DNA from: a virus
Lineage: Duplodnaviria > Caudoviricetes
Length of the DNA: 24,759 bases
Virus record (IMG/VR): IMGVR_UViG_3300020045_014754
Coordinates: 1 to 24,759 of that record
Reading direction: 5' to 3' (one strand)
Shown here: piece after piece, positions 6,508 through 17,041 of the stretch
Layout of the letters: each line of letters opens with the position of its first letter
Position numbering within the stretch: position 1 is the first letter of the stretch
Made by a program: the position numbers and the translations under genes
Notes under the pieces: generated by a model
The model's database searches: none
Seen by the model: the letters and a program-made list of their open reading frames with translations, nothing else
Told to the model about the DNA's origin: nothing

Positions 6508-8520
6508 TTAAACATAACTCACAAATCCGCTATCAGTTTGAATAAGTCCAGGAACTGCAACAGCCGTTCCATCGAATCCACCAGCTCCAGATGATTGAGA
6601 ATTGTAAACACTTCCAGTTTTTATCATTGTAGCCGTCAAAACATAAAGATTTGATTTTTCCAATGGTCCTTCTGTATTGAAGTTTCCATTTTTCACATAC
6701 CCAACGCCATTTATTGTAACGTGTTCATGAGATAAGGCTTGAGTTATTTTGCGCCACATCTCCTTGGTTACGGGTTCAAAAACTATCTCATCTACTTCAT
6801 ACATATCCGCATTGAGTAAAATAGCATCGGTATCTGTTTTATGAACTTCACTTTCTTCATCTACTTTTCCTTTGATAAATTGATACGGAATTCGGATTAA
6901 ATTTTTGATGCCAGTCGAATACATCATATCGGTATTTGTAGAATTATAATATCTAATTTCTAAAACATCTTTGTGTTTTACTTTGCACCAAATCAATTCT
7001 GATAAATGAATTAATTCCGTGTAATTACTATCGGTATTATTGATTCTCACACGGAAATATTGGTCTATATAGTCAACCATATCAATTGTAAATTCATAGA
7101 CTTCGTAATTTTCTCTATTGAAAATTGAACCTACAATAACGGCAACTTCTGGACCATTGTATAAGTTGGAAATTACCAAAACATCAGCGTTTTTCGATTC
7201 ATCAAAAACAATTTCCTCTATCAAAAACCAAGATGTGCCAATTTGGATATAATTCCCAATTTCGCCCCATTCTGGAGTTAATCCATTCAAAAAATGTGTG
7301 TCAATAATAGCAGATGTGGTATAATCATAAACATTTCCTGCTAGAAAATAAATGCCTGTTTTTCCGTTGCCTAAATCGTACTGAAAAGCATCTCTTTTAT
7401 CTTTTATTCCAATATTCGATGTCATTTTAGTAACTGGAACATTGATTTCAGTAGCATCTTCTTTTACAATAGTAGCTACATTAGTTTCATAATTCGATTT
7501 GAATTGTGTAGTGATGATGTCGGCTGATTGGAATTGCTGAATTTCTTTATAAGGTACCTCAACATCCACTTCACAGCTCAAAGTGTTTTCATCATTTTTA
7601 TAATTGGCAGAATCGCCAAAGGTAATTCTGTTGGCAAATCGAAAGGAGTTTGATTTTGAAATGTAAAAATAAGGCGTGTAAATTCCGAATTCTTTAACTT
7701 CAAAACCTGATGAAATGAAATAACCCAATTGATCTTTGATGTACACATTGTACAACCCAACGGTTAGTCCTGGAAACACTGGCGATGTTTGCCAAGTGAT
7801 ATTGTCCAAAGAGTATTGCAAATCCAAGCCAAAAGTATTGACGTTTGTAATATTCAAAGTACCACCATTTGGAGAATTTACAATATCAAAAGTAAAGTTT
7901 CCGAGATACAAATAACTTGGAGTTGTTACGCTTTGTATTGCTTTTTGTCCATTCGAATCCTCAACTTCGACAGTGAAATTCATTCCACGATATGCTGTGA
8001 AAATTATCGGATTTTGGGTATTTGGATTTCTAACAAAAGGCTGTAATAATTTTGTTGCCAAATGATTTGTAGTAATATTTATAGTACATCTACTGGATTC
8101 TTGACCTATTTGTGGCGTAAAAAAAACAGAATCAATATTTAAAGGAATTGTAGATGTTTCATTTTCAATAGTAACATTTACAAAAGTATCGCTCGATCCT
8201 TGAAATATCATTCCAGAATAATTAGCTTGAATTATAACGGATCCAAGTCCATTTCCTAAAGATCCTAAAGATTTACTTATACTAAAAAGTCCAGTTGCGT
8301 TATAATCTAAATCCAAAGCGGATTTATATCCATTCGCTGCGAAACCAATATAAGTATTATTTCCAGCATCGTAAATAGGTAATTCTGATTGAAAAGATCC
8401 TAATCTATTTGCTTTGAAAGTTTCTGAAAATGATATTCCCAGAGCAGCTTCTGTAAATGTGAAAATATGATTTACTGGAGGTACATCTTCGAATTGTATT
8501 GTTATTTTTGAATATGCCAT
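6508..8520 (-). CDS. Tail tip / baseplate structural protein with SprB-repeat-like segment
   Basis: 670 aa, beta-rich, second gene after tape measure; YSLDNITWQTSPVFPGLTVGLYNVYIKDQLG motif. Confidence 0.65.
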   Translation of the reverse strand: MAYSKITIQFEDVPPVNHIFTFTEAALGISFSETFKANRLGSFQSELPIYDAGNNTYIGFAANGYKSALDLDYNATGLFSISKSLGSLGNGLGSVIIQANYSGMIFQGSSDTFVNVTIENETSTIPLNIDSVFFTPQIGQESSRCTINITTNHLATKLLQPFVRNPNTQNPIIFTAYRGMNFTVEVEDSNGQKAIQSVTTPSYLYLGNFTFDIVNSPNGGTLNITNVNTFGLDLQYSLDNITWQTSPVFPGLTVGLYNVYIKDQLGYFISSGFEVKEFGIYTPYFYISKSNSFRFANRITFGDSANYKNDENTLSCEVDVEVPYKEIQQFQSADIITTQFKSNYETNVATIVKEDATEINVPVTKMTSNIGIKDKRDAFQYDLGNGKTGIYFLAGNVYDYTTSAIIDTHFLNGLTPEWGEIGNYIQIGTSWFLIEEIVFDESKNADVLVISNLYNGPEVAVIVGSIFNRENYEVYEFTIDMVDYIDQYFRVRINNTDSNYTELIHLSELIWCKVKHKDVLEIRYYNSTNTDMMYSTGIKNLIRIPYQFIKGKVDEESEVHKTDTDAILLNADMYEVDEIVFEPVTKEMWRKITQALSHEHVTINGVGYVKNGNFNTEGPLEKSNLYVLTATMIKTGSVYNSQSSGAGGFDGTAVAVPGLIQTDSGFVSYV

Positions 8521-8531
8521 GATTTTATATT

Positions 8532-10751
8532 TTATCTATTAGCTTTTAGTAATTTCCAAACTCCTTTTCCATTTGGCTTAAGGTTGAAAAGAAACCCTTT
8601 TTCTTTCTCGTTATCTTCATTTATGAATTCGACTAATCCGTAAAAATTACGTACTTCTTTTCCAAAAAATACACTGGTACCTTCAACTTGCTGCATGATA
8701 TCGAAAGTGCATTTTGCTTCAAATTCTATCCACTCGGGAAAGAACCTAGCTGGGAGTAATTCAGAATTTATAATTTTTCCATCTTCTGCATACTCTGGTT
8801 TGCCTATTTTTTTGGTTTTCAATTTACTATTAGATATTGAACTTCCATAACGAACATAATCCGTTGCATACTTTTTAAAACCGCCACCAAACCACCATGA
8901 ATGGCGAAGCAGAATATTAAAAGGCGAAAACCTCAAATTAGTAACTGTATCCGGACTGAAAATTCCAGTAGGTTCTTTTTCGAAATCATCCTGCCATTTT
9001 CTTTGTTCGAAAACTGATGTAAAACCTCGTTTTAAATCCAACATAAAAACATCATTATCATAAGACGTATCTTCAGTATCGTTTAACGATTTTGGTTTAC
9101 GTCTGGCGAATTCCATCCCGTAACTATCAAATCGATATTTGGTTATTTTAGAATAGGTAGATTTTAATCTATTGATGATGGTTGTGTAATTTGATTTTGT
9201 GTTAAACTCATCCAATCCCATCGCTTCCTCGTAGGTACCGCCTTTTTCGCTTCCAAATTCCAATGAAGAATAATAATACTCTGTGGCAACAGTGCGTTTT
9301 ACTTTTTTTACCTGAAATGGCAAACGAATTGTTACGTTGTTGTTATAGAAAAATGCTAACTCTTCCAAACGCACTCTTTCTTTTCTTCCAATGGTTTCAA
9401 TACCTATTCCAACATTCCAAACTGCATCAATAGAAGATACAGCATCCTTGAACGATGATGTTAAAGGTTTGAATAGGTTCTCGACTTTTGGAGGGCCTAA
9501 TGTTGGAATTGGCAGTTTGTCAAATCCACGTACCCAAAACCCATGAGTTACGGCCGTGAATGCTCCTGGTCCATCATTGGTATAACCCAAATCAGTTCTT
9601 CCTAGAAATTCAGAATAAAATGCTTTTTCTTTATTGGTGCCAATTGTTACTAATCTATCAATAAATTCGTGAGCTAATATCGCATTGGTTTGCGATTTAT
9701 CATAAAAAGAATCTTCTTCAACATACAAATCTCCCGATATGTTGGTTAATTTTATATCTAGTTTAGCATTATTATTATTTTTAAAATCAACATGTTGTTG
9801 GGCGTTAATTGACAAACTTTCCCCTTCTTCAACATCAATAATTCCGCTATAATTTACGGAATAAGTTCGCCCGTTGGCGGTGTTTATGGCTGTTGCTGAA
9901 TTTAAAGAAAAAAGTGCAATTCTTTCTTTGAATTCGTAAGCGATTCCGTTTTTGAACTTGGTTATTTGAATATTAAAATCAGACCAATCTATATGTTCCT
10001 GACGAACACCAAATGTGAACTGAAAAGACGTATTAATATTTAATGTTCTTTTTTTGTCCGAAATCGCAAAGAACATCATCCCAGTATCGCCTTGATTATA
10101 ACCCGCTATGCTTCCAACCAATATAGATTGTCCTTGTTCGTGTGATATATTTACTAAAGAAAAAGGAATCCCAACGGCTTGACCTCTAGTATTTCCGTCA
10201 TTGGATTCATTGTACAAGCTGGCTGTATTATCTAGATTTCTAACCTCCCATTTCGATTTCAAAAAAATTCTTCGACCATCCAAAGCTACGGTGATAGGAT
10301 TCAAAGCTGGTATCAATTTGCCGTCGATGGTTTCTGATCTATCGATTTCTACCTGATCTGATTCCCTAGCTTTTAGCAACTGCTCTAATCCTCCGGAGTT
10401 GAATTTTATGGAAACCTGATTGTTTTCAAATTCATAAGTGGACAAATCTAAATAACCCGCATAAGTAAGCTGGAAAATATCGGTTTGCGGGTGTTTTTCT
10501 TCACGTCTTAATTCAATATCTGCATTAATTCCCTCGATATCATAAATCAGTTTGATGTAGTCTTTTCCGGTACCAATGAATTTGGATGAGTTGGAAAATC
10601 GGGAAATTATGCCATGATACTGTTCGTGACGTGCTAATTCTTTTTCATCACTTTGCCAGCCAATAGGCTCTTCGATAATAACCGTGCCTTGGTTTTTATT
10701 GTACAAAGTGTACTGAACTCTGTCGTTATATGCTGGATTGATATTTCCCAT
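8532..10751 (-). CDS. Tail tip / baseplate hub-like structural protein
   Basis: 739 aa directly after and translationally coupled (TAATG) to the tape measure gene; call rests on gene order. Confidence 0.6.
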   Translation of the reverse strand: MGNINPAYNDRVQYTLYNKNQGTVIIEEPIGWQSDEKELARHEQYHGIISRFSNSSKFIGTGKDYIKLIYDIEGINADIELRREEKHPQTDIFQLTYAGYLDLSTYEFENNQVSIKFNSGGLEQLLKARESDQVEIDRSETIDGKLIPALNPITVALDGRRIFLKSKWEVRNLDNTASLYNESNDGNTRGQAVGIPFSLVNISHEQGQSILVGSIAGYNQGDTGMMFFAISDKKRTLNINTSFQFTFGVRQEHIDWSDFNIQITKFKNGIAYEFKERIALFSLNSATAINTANGRTYSVNYSGIIDVEEGESLSINAQQHVDFKNNNNAKLDIKLTNISGDLYVEEDSFYDKSQTNAILAHEFIDRLVTIGTNKEKAFYSEFLGRTDLGYTNDGPGAFTAVTHGFWVRGFDKLPIPTLGPPKVENLFKPLTSSFKDAVSSIDAVWNVGIGIETIGRKERVRLEELAFFYNNNVTIRLPFQVKKVKRTVATEYYYSSLEFGSEKGGTYEEAMGLDEFNTKSNYTTIINRLKSTYSKITKYRFDSYGMEFARRKPKSLNDTEDTSYDNDVFMLDLKRGFTSVFEQRKWQDDFEKEPTGIFSPDTVTNLRFSPFNILLRHSWWFGGGFKKYATDYVRYGSSISNSKLKTKKIGKPEYAEDGKIINSELLPARFFPEWIEFEAKCTFDIMQQVEGTSVFFGKEVRNFYGLVEFINEDNEKEKGFLFNLKPNGKGVWKLLKANR

Positions 10752-13700
10752 TAGTTCCAGTTAGTATTTTTCATTTTCCACAAATGATGATTGATGTCTA
10801 ATTTTGATTGATTTACGACAACAGTTGATTTGTTTTTTTTGACTGCATCAGTATTGCGTTTCAATTCTTCTAGCAATTCTTTATTATCAGTATTGAAATA
10901 TTGATTGGCTTGAAATTCACTCATTTTTCGACCTTGCATTTGAATATTAGCCATCATTGCCGCATACTGCAGTTTCTCATAATCCTGAATGGATTTGTGA
11001 ACCGTATCGCCTTCCAACAATTGAACAATTCTGTTTTTGCCGCTGTAGGTTTCAGCAGTTCCATCTTTATGCTCCACGACCTCGGTAACACCACCATCAT
11101 TAATCATCGCAATTTCTCTTGGTCCACCTTTACGACCATCTTTGTATTTTGGAATTGGTGTGGCTAAAATTGCGCCTATTTGAATTGCGCCTAAAGTTCC
11201 AGCTACTGTTGCCATAATTGGTCCTAATGGCAAAAATGGTTTAGTATTCAAAGCGTTCAAAATAGCTAATGCTGTAGAAATTCCAGCTTGAGCAATAGCA
11301 GATGCTTTATTAAAAACTGCCTGTTTGTGTTGTTCTTTGCGTTTCTTTTTTTCTAACTCATCATTCTTTTTTTCACGTTCTTTTTGTAACAAATCTTTTT
11401 GCCGTTCATCTTTTCCAGCAAGTTCAATTTGTTTATCGTAATACTCATTGTTTTTGTCAATTTCATTGTCAATTTCTTGAATTTTACGTTCGTTAAAAGC
11501 AGATGCTAAATCAGATAATGCGCTTGTCATATCAGATGATATTTGCAGTATTTGTTCAGCTTGTTCTTGAACTGTTATGGTTTTTTCTTTTTCTTTTTCT
11601 TTGAAATTATCTAAACCTAGTTCTGTTAGTTTTAATCTGGCATCTGAAAGCCTTTTTTCAATATCAAGAATTATTTTATTTGATTTTTCAGAACCATCAC
11701 TTTGAGCTTTGAACGCATCTAATTCAGCTTGAAGATTATCAGCTTGTAGTTTTGCTGTAGCAATTGCAAATTCTTTTTTGATTTCAAAAATTCTACGCTC
11801 ATGATCTTCAATTGCTTTTTCTCTATCTGACTGTGCCATTGATTCTAAATCACCCAAGGATGCAAATCTTTCATTTTCTGATGCTAATTCAGCATTCATA
11901 GCAATTTCCTGCTTTTTTACACCTTCTTCAAGATTATCTTGATAGCTTTTTAAATCAAATTCATTAATTTTTTTAATTTCTTCTGATGTCTTTTTTTCAA
12001 TATCCTCAATCTTATTTTTAGCATCTTCTTTGATTCTTATTTTCTCATTGGTACTTAATTTATTTTCGTCCAAAACAAATTTATCCGCATCCAAGGAATA
12101 CTTTTTAGTCAATTCAGTCAATGCAATTTGTTTTTGTTGACTTTGTTCCAAAGCGGCAATGCGAACACTATCCGTTTCTTCTTCATCTTTGGCTATTTCA
12201 CTATTAATTTGAATAATTCTTTCTAATCGTTGCTTTTCTAGGTTGTATAAATCATCATTTAGCTTTTTAGCACGATCAAGTGCGTCTTTAGCTGCTTTTT
12301 CATCGTCTTTTGAATTTATTCCAGATGATACTACATCTGTACTTATAGTTGTTTTTATGTTTCTTGATTTTAGTAAACTTTTTGCAGCAGAAGTTTGACC
12401 AGCTAATGATGATAATAATTCGTTTTTTTCTTTTATCAATTTATCATTAGCTAATCTTTCTTTTTTGTTATCAATAGTTTCCACTTCTCCAAGTGGAGTA
12501 TCACGTCTTAATGCTTTTAAAATTAAATTCCTACCTTTCAATCTATTTACTTCAATAATCAATTCTTTTTGAGCCTGAATATTATAATCTCGGTATCCTT
12601 CAATTTCATCATCTTTCAAACCTTTAACACTATTGAAATATCTCAAAGCTTCATCATATCCTTTTTTACGTAAATTTTCCAAAGATTTTTGTCTAGCAAC
12701 TTCTTCTGATTCGAATATTTGTGTCCAGCCTTCTGTGGTATCAGTTAGTATATTTGTAATTCCTTTTAATAATCCACCTAAACCATTTCCTTTTTTTTCT
12801 AAAGACAATATAAAAGAACTCCATGCGCTTTCTAATCTATCGAAAGAACCAGATAAAGTATCAGTTCTTATTGCAGCTTGTTCTTGTGCTGTTCCAACTT
12901 CTCCCATTTTAGAAGTAAGTTCTGCTAATCTATCAGTATGACCTAAAACATTGGTTGCGGCTACTACATTTTCCAAACCAAAAACTTTAACCATACCCGC
13001 ATTATCTTTCAATAATGGTTTCAAAATTTCTAAACGCTCCTGTATAGGTTTTGATGTATCGCTTAAATCTTTGAATGAAATACCCAATGCTTCTATAGCT
13101 TGTTTTGCTTTTAATGGCAAAGCATCTGGAGCAGATAATTTTAATAAAACATTACGCAAAGCTGTTCCAGCATCGGCACCTTTCAATCCGTTTTCTGCCA
13201 ATAACTCGACTAATGCTGTTGATTCTTGGATACTAATATTAGACGTTCTGGCAACTGCTCCAAACTTTAACAATGCTTCTGTTACTTGTGGAATTTCAGC
13301 AGCTCCATATTTGGCACCATTCGCCAAAGCATCAACAAAAATACCCGCCTGTTCAGCTGGAGCATTAAATTGATTCATAGCATCAGTCAATGCAGTTGCA
13401 GCCGCTGGCATTTCCATTCCAGAAGCTTGAGATAAAGTCAAAACAGCTTCTGTAACTTGGTTCAATGCTTCTACATTTTCAAGCAATTCAGGTTTTGCCG
13501 ATGCTATTAATTTGTAAGCTTCAACAACGGCAACCGCACCACCTTTTACGCCTTTACCTAATTCAATTGCTTTGCTTTTTAAATAATCAAGGTCTTTTCC
13601 TGATGCTCCCGTTATTGCGCTCAAATCAGCAACAGATTGATCGAATTCTTTAATAATTTTTATAGTTCCTTTTATAACAGATGCAAAAGCAGCAACACCT

Positions 13701-14341
13701 CCTACCAATCCAAAAGCTCCAAATAAATCTTTTACACCAGATGTAAATGATTTTAATTTTGGATAATTACCAACGTTTTTGGTAAAATCTCCAACAGCGT
13801 GATCTGCTTTTTTTACTTTAGCATCTAAAACTTCAAACTCTTTAGCGGCTTGTCTGGTTGCTTTAGAGCTTTCACCTTCAAGTACTATTAAATCACGAAG
13901 TTTGTTTTTAGCTTCGGTTCTTGCTGCATTTAGTTTAGTATAAGCGGAAACTAATCCCAATCTTTCTAAAGTTTCCTGCTTTACTTGTTTGTTAAGTTGT
14001 GCCAATTCCAAACGTTCAGCTACCAAAGCTCTATTTGTACCTTCAGTTGCTAATTGGTTTTTCTTTTTTGTAGAAATTAAAGCCAATTCAAGTTGGTTTT
14101 GTTCTTTCCAGATTCCTAATGTTTTAGTGTTTTCATCATTCAAAAGCTTTTGATTGGCGATGAATTCCTTTTGATTTAGAGATCCTTTCAACTTATTATT
14201 AGCTTCATTCAAAGCGATAATTCCAGCTACAAACTCTTTGTTTTTGCCAATGGCCAAGTCCATCACTTTGGCATAATCGGAACCCCAATTGATGGCATCA
14301 TCCTGGATTATTTCTTTTCTTGTAATTGTACCTTCTGCCAT
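10751..14341 (-). CDS. Tail tape measure protein (TP901-family core)
   Basis: 1196 aa helical protein; core motifs EFDQSVADLSAITGASG and GLKGADAGTALRNVLLKL; long coiled coils; hydrophobic segment near C-terminus. Confidence 0.93.
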   Translation of the reverse strand: MAEGTITRKEIIQDDAINWGSDYAKVMDLAIGKNKEFVAGIIALNEANNKLKGSLNQKEFIANQKLLNDENTKTLGIWKEQNQLELALISTKKKNQLATEGTNRALVAERLELAQLNKQVKQETLERLGLVSAYTKLNAARTEAKNKLRDLIVLEGESSKATRQAAKEFEVLDAKVKKADHAVGDFTKNVGNYPKLKSFTSGVKDLFGAFGLVGGVAAFASVIKGTIKIIKEFDQSVADLSAITGASGKDLDYLKSKAIELGKGVKGGAVAVVEAYKLIASAKPELLENVEALNQVTEAVLTLSQASGMEMPAAATALTDAMNQFNAPAEQAGIFVDALANGAKYGAAEIPQVTEALLKFGAVARTSNISIQESTALVELLAENGLKGADAGTALRNVLLKLSAPDALPLKAKQAIEALGISFKDLSDTSKPIQERLEILKPLLKDNAGMVKVFGLENVVAATNVLGHTDRLAELTSKMGEVGTAQEQAAIRTDTLSGSFDRLESAWSSFILSLEKKGNGLGGLLKGITNILTDTTEGWTQIFESEEVARQKSLENLRKKGYDEALRYFNSVKGLKDDEIEGYRDYNIQAQKELIIEVNRLKGRNLILKALRRDTPLGEVETIDNKKERLANDKLIKEKNELLSSLAGQTSAAKSLLKSRNIKTTISTDVVSSGINSKDDEKAAKDALDRAKKLNDDLYNLEKQRLERIIQINSEIAKDEEETDSVRIAALEQSQQKQIALTELTKKYSLDADKFVLDENKLSTNEKIRIKEDAKNKIEDIEKKTSEEIKKINEFDLKSYQDNLEEGVKKQEIAMNAELASENERFASLGDLESMAQSDREKAIEDHERRIFEIKKEFAIATAKLQADNLQAELDAFKAQSDGSEKSNKIILDIEKRLSDARLKLTELGLDNFKEKEKEKTITVQEQAEQILQISSDMTSALSDLASAFNERKIQEIDNEIDKNNEYYDKQIELAGKDERQKDLLQKEREKKNDELEKKKRKEQHKQAVFNKASAIAQAGISTALAILNALNTKPFLPLGPIMATVAGTLGAIQIGAILATPIPKYKDGRKGGPREIAMINDGGVTEVVEHKDGTAETYSGKNRIVQLLEGDTVHKSIQDYEKLQYAAMMANIQMQGRKMSEFQANQYFNTDNKELLEELKRNTDAVKKNKSTVVVNQSKLDINHHLWKMKNTNWN

Positions 14342-14343
14342 GA

Positions 14344-14925
14344 TTATTTACTTTTAGCGTTTTGTTTTTCGATAGCAGCTACTTTCTGCTTAACTTGTTT
14401 TTCGATGGAATGGAATTTCTCCACTGATATAGTGTAGAAATCAAAATCGTAACCTAAAATCGAGGAATACACCGCCATTATATCGACAATAGAATTGGAT
14501 TTATCGTTTTGGTTTTCTGCTGGTTTTGGCAACGTACTTAATAGATTTTTGATTTTGCTATTGATTCCCTTTGACTCTCTTTCGATTCGATCTAAATCTT
14601 CATTGTAGGTTTCGGTTTTTAACTTGTAACCAAATTCTAAAAGAATATCGATTAGGTTTTGTTGTTTGTCAAATCGCAAAGCTTCGACTGCACTTAATAT
14701 GATGATGTGTTTTTTTTCCAGATATTCCACTTCTTTGGAAACAATGAACACTTTACTACTGCCTTGTTTATTATATCGTTCCTGATACTCTTCATTCAAT
14801 TTTTGCCAAATAGCAATAAGCTCATCCATTGCTATTTCTTCATCGCACAGCAAAGTGATGTCATTGTTTTCTATGATTTCCATGTAGGTAATCATGGGTA
14901 TTTTTCGAAGGCTGTTGTAAATCAT
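14344..14925 (-). CDS. Hypothetical protein, possible tail assembly chaperone
   Basis: Helical 193-aa ORF immediately upstream of tape measure. Confidence 0.55.
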   Translation of the reverse strand: MIYNSLRKIPMITYMEIIENNDITLLCDEEIAMDELIAIWQKLNEEYQERYNKQGSSKVFIVSKEVEYLEKKHIIILSAVEALRFDKQQNLIDILLEFGYKLKTETYNEDLDRIERESKGINSKIKNLLSTLPKPAENQNDKSNSIVDIMAVYSSILGYDFDFYTISVEKFHSIEKQVKQKVAAIEKQNAKSK

Positions 14926-15371
14926 AATCCTAATTCTTTACGGTAATAATTCAATATAAAAGGCAATATTTTTGACTGGATTAGCTCGGTTAAATTTTCA
15001 TCTGTCAAACCAAATAGACTGGATGAAAGCCAATTTGGAGAATCGAGAATATCATCTGTTTTAGGATCTGTAGAACCAAAGAAAAATGTATCTCCAATGA
15101 ATGAAACATAAAAAGCATTTAGCCAACTGCCTGTATCTTTTCCTGTGAATGGTTTGCCAGCTCCTTTGGTACCATTGGTTATTAATTCAGTTGCTTTTGA
15201 ATAATATCCTATTGCTTTTCCGTAGATGTCCTGGCTATCTTGATTGATTTGTTTTTTGTTCATTTCAACCATCAAAACACTCATTGACTTGATGAAATCA
15301 AATAGTTCTTTTGAAACTATTTCAGGTTGCAATTGCTTTGCTTTTTCGAGTTGAGTGTTGAAATTTGCCAT
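14922..15371 (-). CDS. Putative tail completion / virion morphogenesis protein
   Basis: GKDTGSWLNAF resembles the xxDTGxLxxS motif of Mu gpG / HK97 gp10-like proteins; 149 aa. Confidence 0.55.
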   Translation of the reverse strand: MANFNTQLEKAKQLQPEIVSKELFDFIKSMSVLMVEMNKKQINQDSQDIYGKAIGYYSKATELITNGTKGAGKPFTGKDTGSWLNAFYVSFIGDTFFFGSTDPKTDDILDSPNWLSSSLFGLTDENLTELIQSKILPFILNYYRKELGL

Positions 15372-15380
15372 ATTTTTAAT

Positions 15381-15415
15381 AAAAAAGGAGCTAAAACCAA
15401 TTTGGCTTTGCTCCT
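15381..15415 (-). terminator. Probable intrinsic terminator/attenuator after major tail gene pair
   Basis: AGGAGC...GCTCCT stem with inner CCAA/TTGG pairing, followed by a U-tract on the minus strand. Confidence 0.6.
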
Positions 15416-15442
15416 CTTATACAATAAAATTTTATTCTATTT

Positions 15443-15652
15443 TTATTTGGAATCTACTTCTTTTGCTTCGATTACCTTTGCATCGTCTGCTTTTTTGGTG
15501 GCAATTTTAAAAGCTTTTTTTAGTTCCAATAAACGTTCCTTTTCTGGAATACTTCTAAATACCCAAGTATTCTCAAATTCAGCTTTGAACTGATCAAACG
15601 TTCTACTGTAATTTTCTTCAAACGTTATGCCTTTGTATTTTGGGCGTGGCAT
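15443..15652 (-). CDS. Hypothetical 69-aa protein coupled to major tail gene
   Basis: TAATG overlap with upstream stop; basic, helical. Confidence 0.7.
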   Translation of the reverse strand: MPRPKYKGITFEENYSRTFDQFKAEFENTWVFRSIPEKERLLELKKAFKIATKKADDAKVIEAKEVDSK

Positions 15653-16521
15653 TATGAAATTCCAGTTATAGATAATGGACCTGTACTTTCGTATGTAGCT
15701 TCTGTTTGAGAAACAACACCGTTCAAGTCTAATACATTTGTATTAGCAAAACCAGTTCCGGTAAGTTCATAAACACCATCAGGATCAGCATCAACAAATG
15801 AATGCGTTACAGCTACACCAGCAGCAGTTTTTAAAGTAACATCTGCATTTTCTAATGATGTGATTACATCTTCGCCAGCACATCCACCATTTACAGTGAA
15901 TTTTATTGATGTTGAAGTTGCACTTACTAATTCCAACGTTACATCAAAAATACCTTCCAACTCTATTTGTGACCAAGTAGGCTTTACGATAACTCCATTA
16001 TCCTCAAACTCGTTGTAATCTTCATATTGAAGCGTTACAGGAGTATAAGCTGGTTTGTCCGCCAAAGCATCTACACGCTTACCAACGGTAACTGTTACCA
16101 ATTGTCCTTTGATCTTGGTTCCATCTACAGAAACTCCTTTGATTTCTTGTGCATCAGTGAACTCATACACTCTCATTTTCTTACCATTGTAAGATTTCAA
16201 AGCGTTATGAGAACAAAGGCCTAAAAAGCAATTGAAGGTTCTGATTTTCTTTCCGTTTTTGGTTTTGTAACGGCTATTTCCTTCAAAATACGTATCTTCA
16301 GTATCGGCAACTGCCAATTCTTCAATCTCGTAAAGAGGAATGATTTTTTTAGCATCACGATCTGTTTTCCAAGTTGCTAAAGTCTTGAAGTTTGCCAACG
16401 TAGTGAACTCTTGTTCATCCGTAGCTAGGGCGTGTCGGATCGTAACACCTTCTAGGCATTGCTCTTTTGCTCCTGTGTTTTTATTGCCAACACCATCTTT
16501 GGCACATTCTACTATTATCAT
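15652..16521 (-). CDS. Major tail (tube) protein
   Basis: 289 aa, beta-rich with Ig-like C-terminal extension; position between connector genes and tape measure; followed by a terminator. Confidence 0.65.
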   Translation of the reverse strand: MIIVECAKDGVGNKNTGAKEQCLEGVTIRHALATDEQEFTTLANFKTLATWKTDRDAKKIIPLYEIEELAVADTEDTYFEGNSRYKTKNGKKIRTFNCFLGLCSHNALKSYNGKKMRVYEFTDAQEIKGVSVDGTKIKGQLVTVTVGKRVDALADKPAYTPVTLQYEDYNEFEDNGVIVKPTWSQIELEGIFDVTLELVSATSTSIKFTVNGGCAGEDVITSLENADVTLKTAAGVAVTHSFVDADPDGVYELTGTGFANTNVLDLNGVVSQTEATYESTGPLSITGIS

Positions 16522-16540
16522 AGCTTCTATTTTTTAATGA

Positions 16541-17041
16541 TTAAACGTATAATTTTTTAGTGCAATTCTTATTGATGATAATGTCCATTGTTAATATCAC
16601 ACTATCCCATATATCGCATTGTGTTGATTCTTTTTGTTTTGTTGAAACATTAGATTTTTCAGACCATTCAATGCTTTTATCTCCAATAGTTGCAACTAAT
16701 TTCAATTTGTTTATAAAATCGTTTGCTACTTTATATTGAATAGAGAAATCTCTATTTTCATTTAATGTAGCTATTTCAGAATTGCATGATATCCAGAAAG
16801 TAACCTTCTTAAATTCATATCCCGCAACTACTTCTGAACTTTTCCAACCTTCAACCAACCAAATCAATGGATACTTCGTTTTGCCATTCAACCCTAAAAC
16901 AGCATCAATTTGCTTTTTATCCATAGATAAAATCCATTTATTTAAAGCATCTGTATTACCCCAACTATATGCAACTTGCTTATCATTGTGAAATACTTTT
17001 TGAACTGTTTTAATTAATGCTTTTGGTAAACTAAATATCAT
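16541..17041 (-). CDS. Putative tail terminator / neck protein
   Basis: 166 aa, KYPLIWLV motif, directly upstream of the major tail gene. Confidence 0.55.
   Translation of the reverse strand: MIFSLPKALIKTVQKVFHNDKQVAYSWGNTDALNKWILSMDKKQIDAVLGLNGKTKYPLIWLVEGWKSSEVVAGYEFKKVTFWISCNSEIATLNENRDFSIQYKVANDFINKLKLVATIGDKSIEWSEKSNVSTKQKESTQCDIWDSVILTMDIIINKNCTKKLYV

Noticed and set aside
7578-7760. 60-aa minus-strand ORF
   Set aside because: Nested out of frame inside the 670-aa gene
15515-15521. A AAA AAA slippery heptamer in the 69-aa ORF after the major tail gene
   Set aside because: The -1 frame reaches TAA within three codons, so no extended chaperone product results
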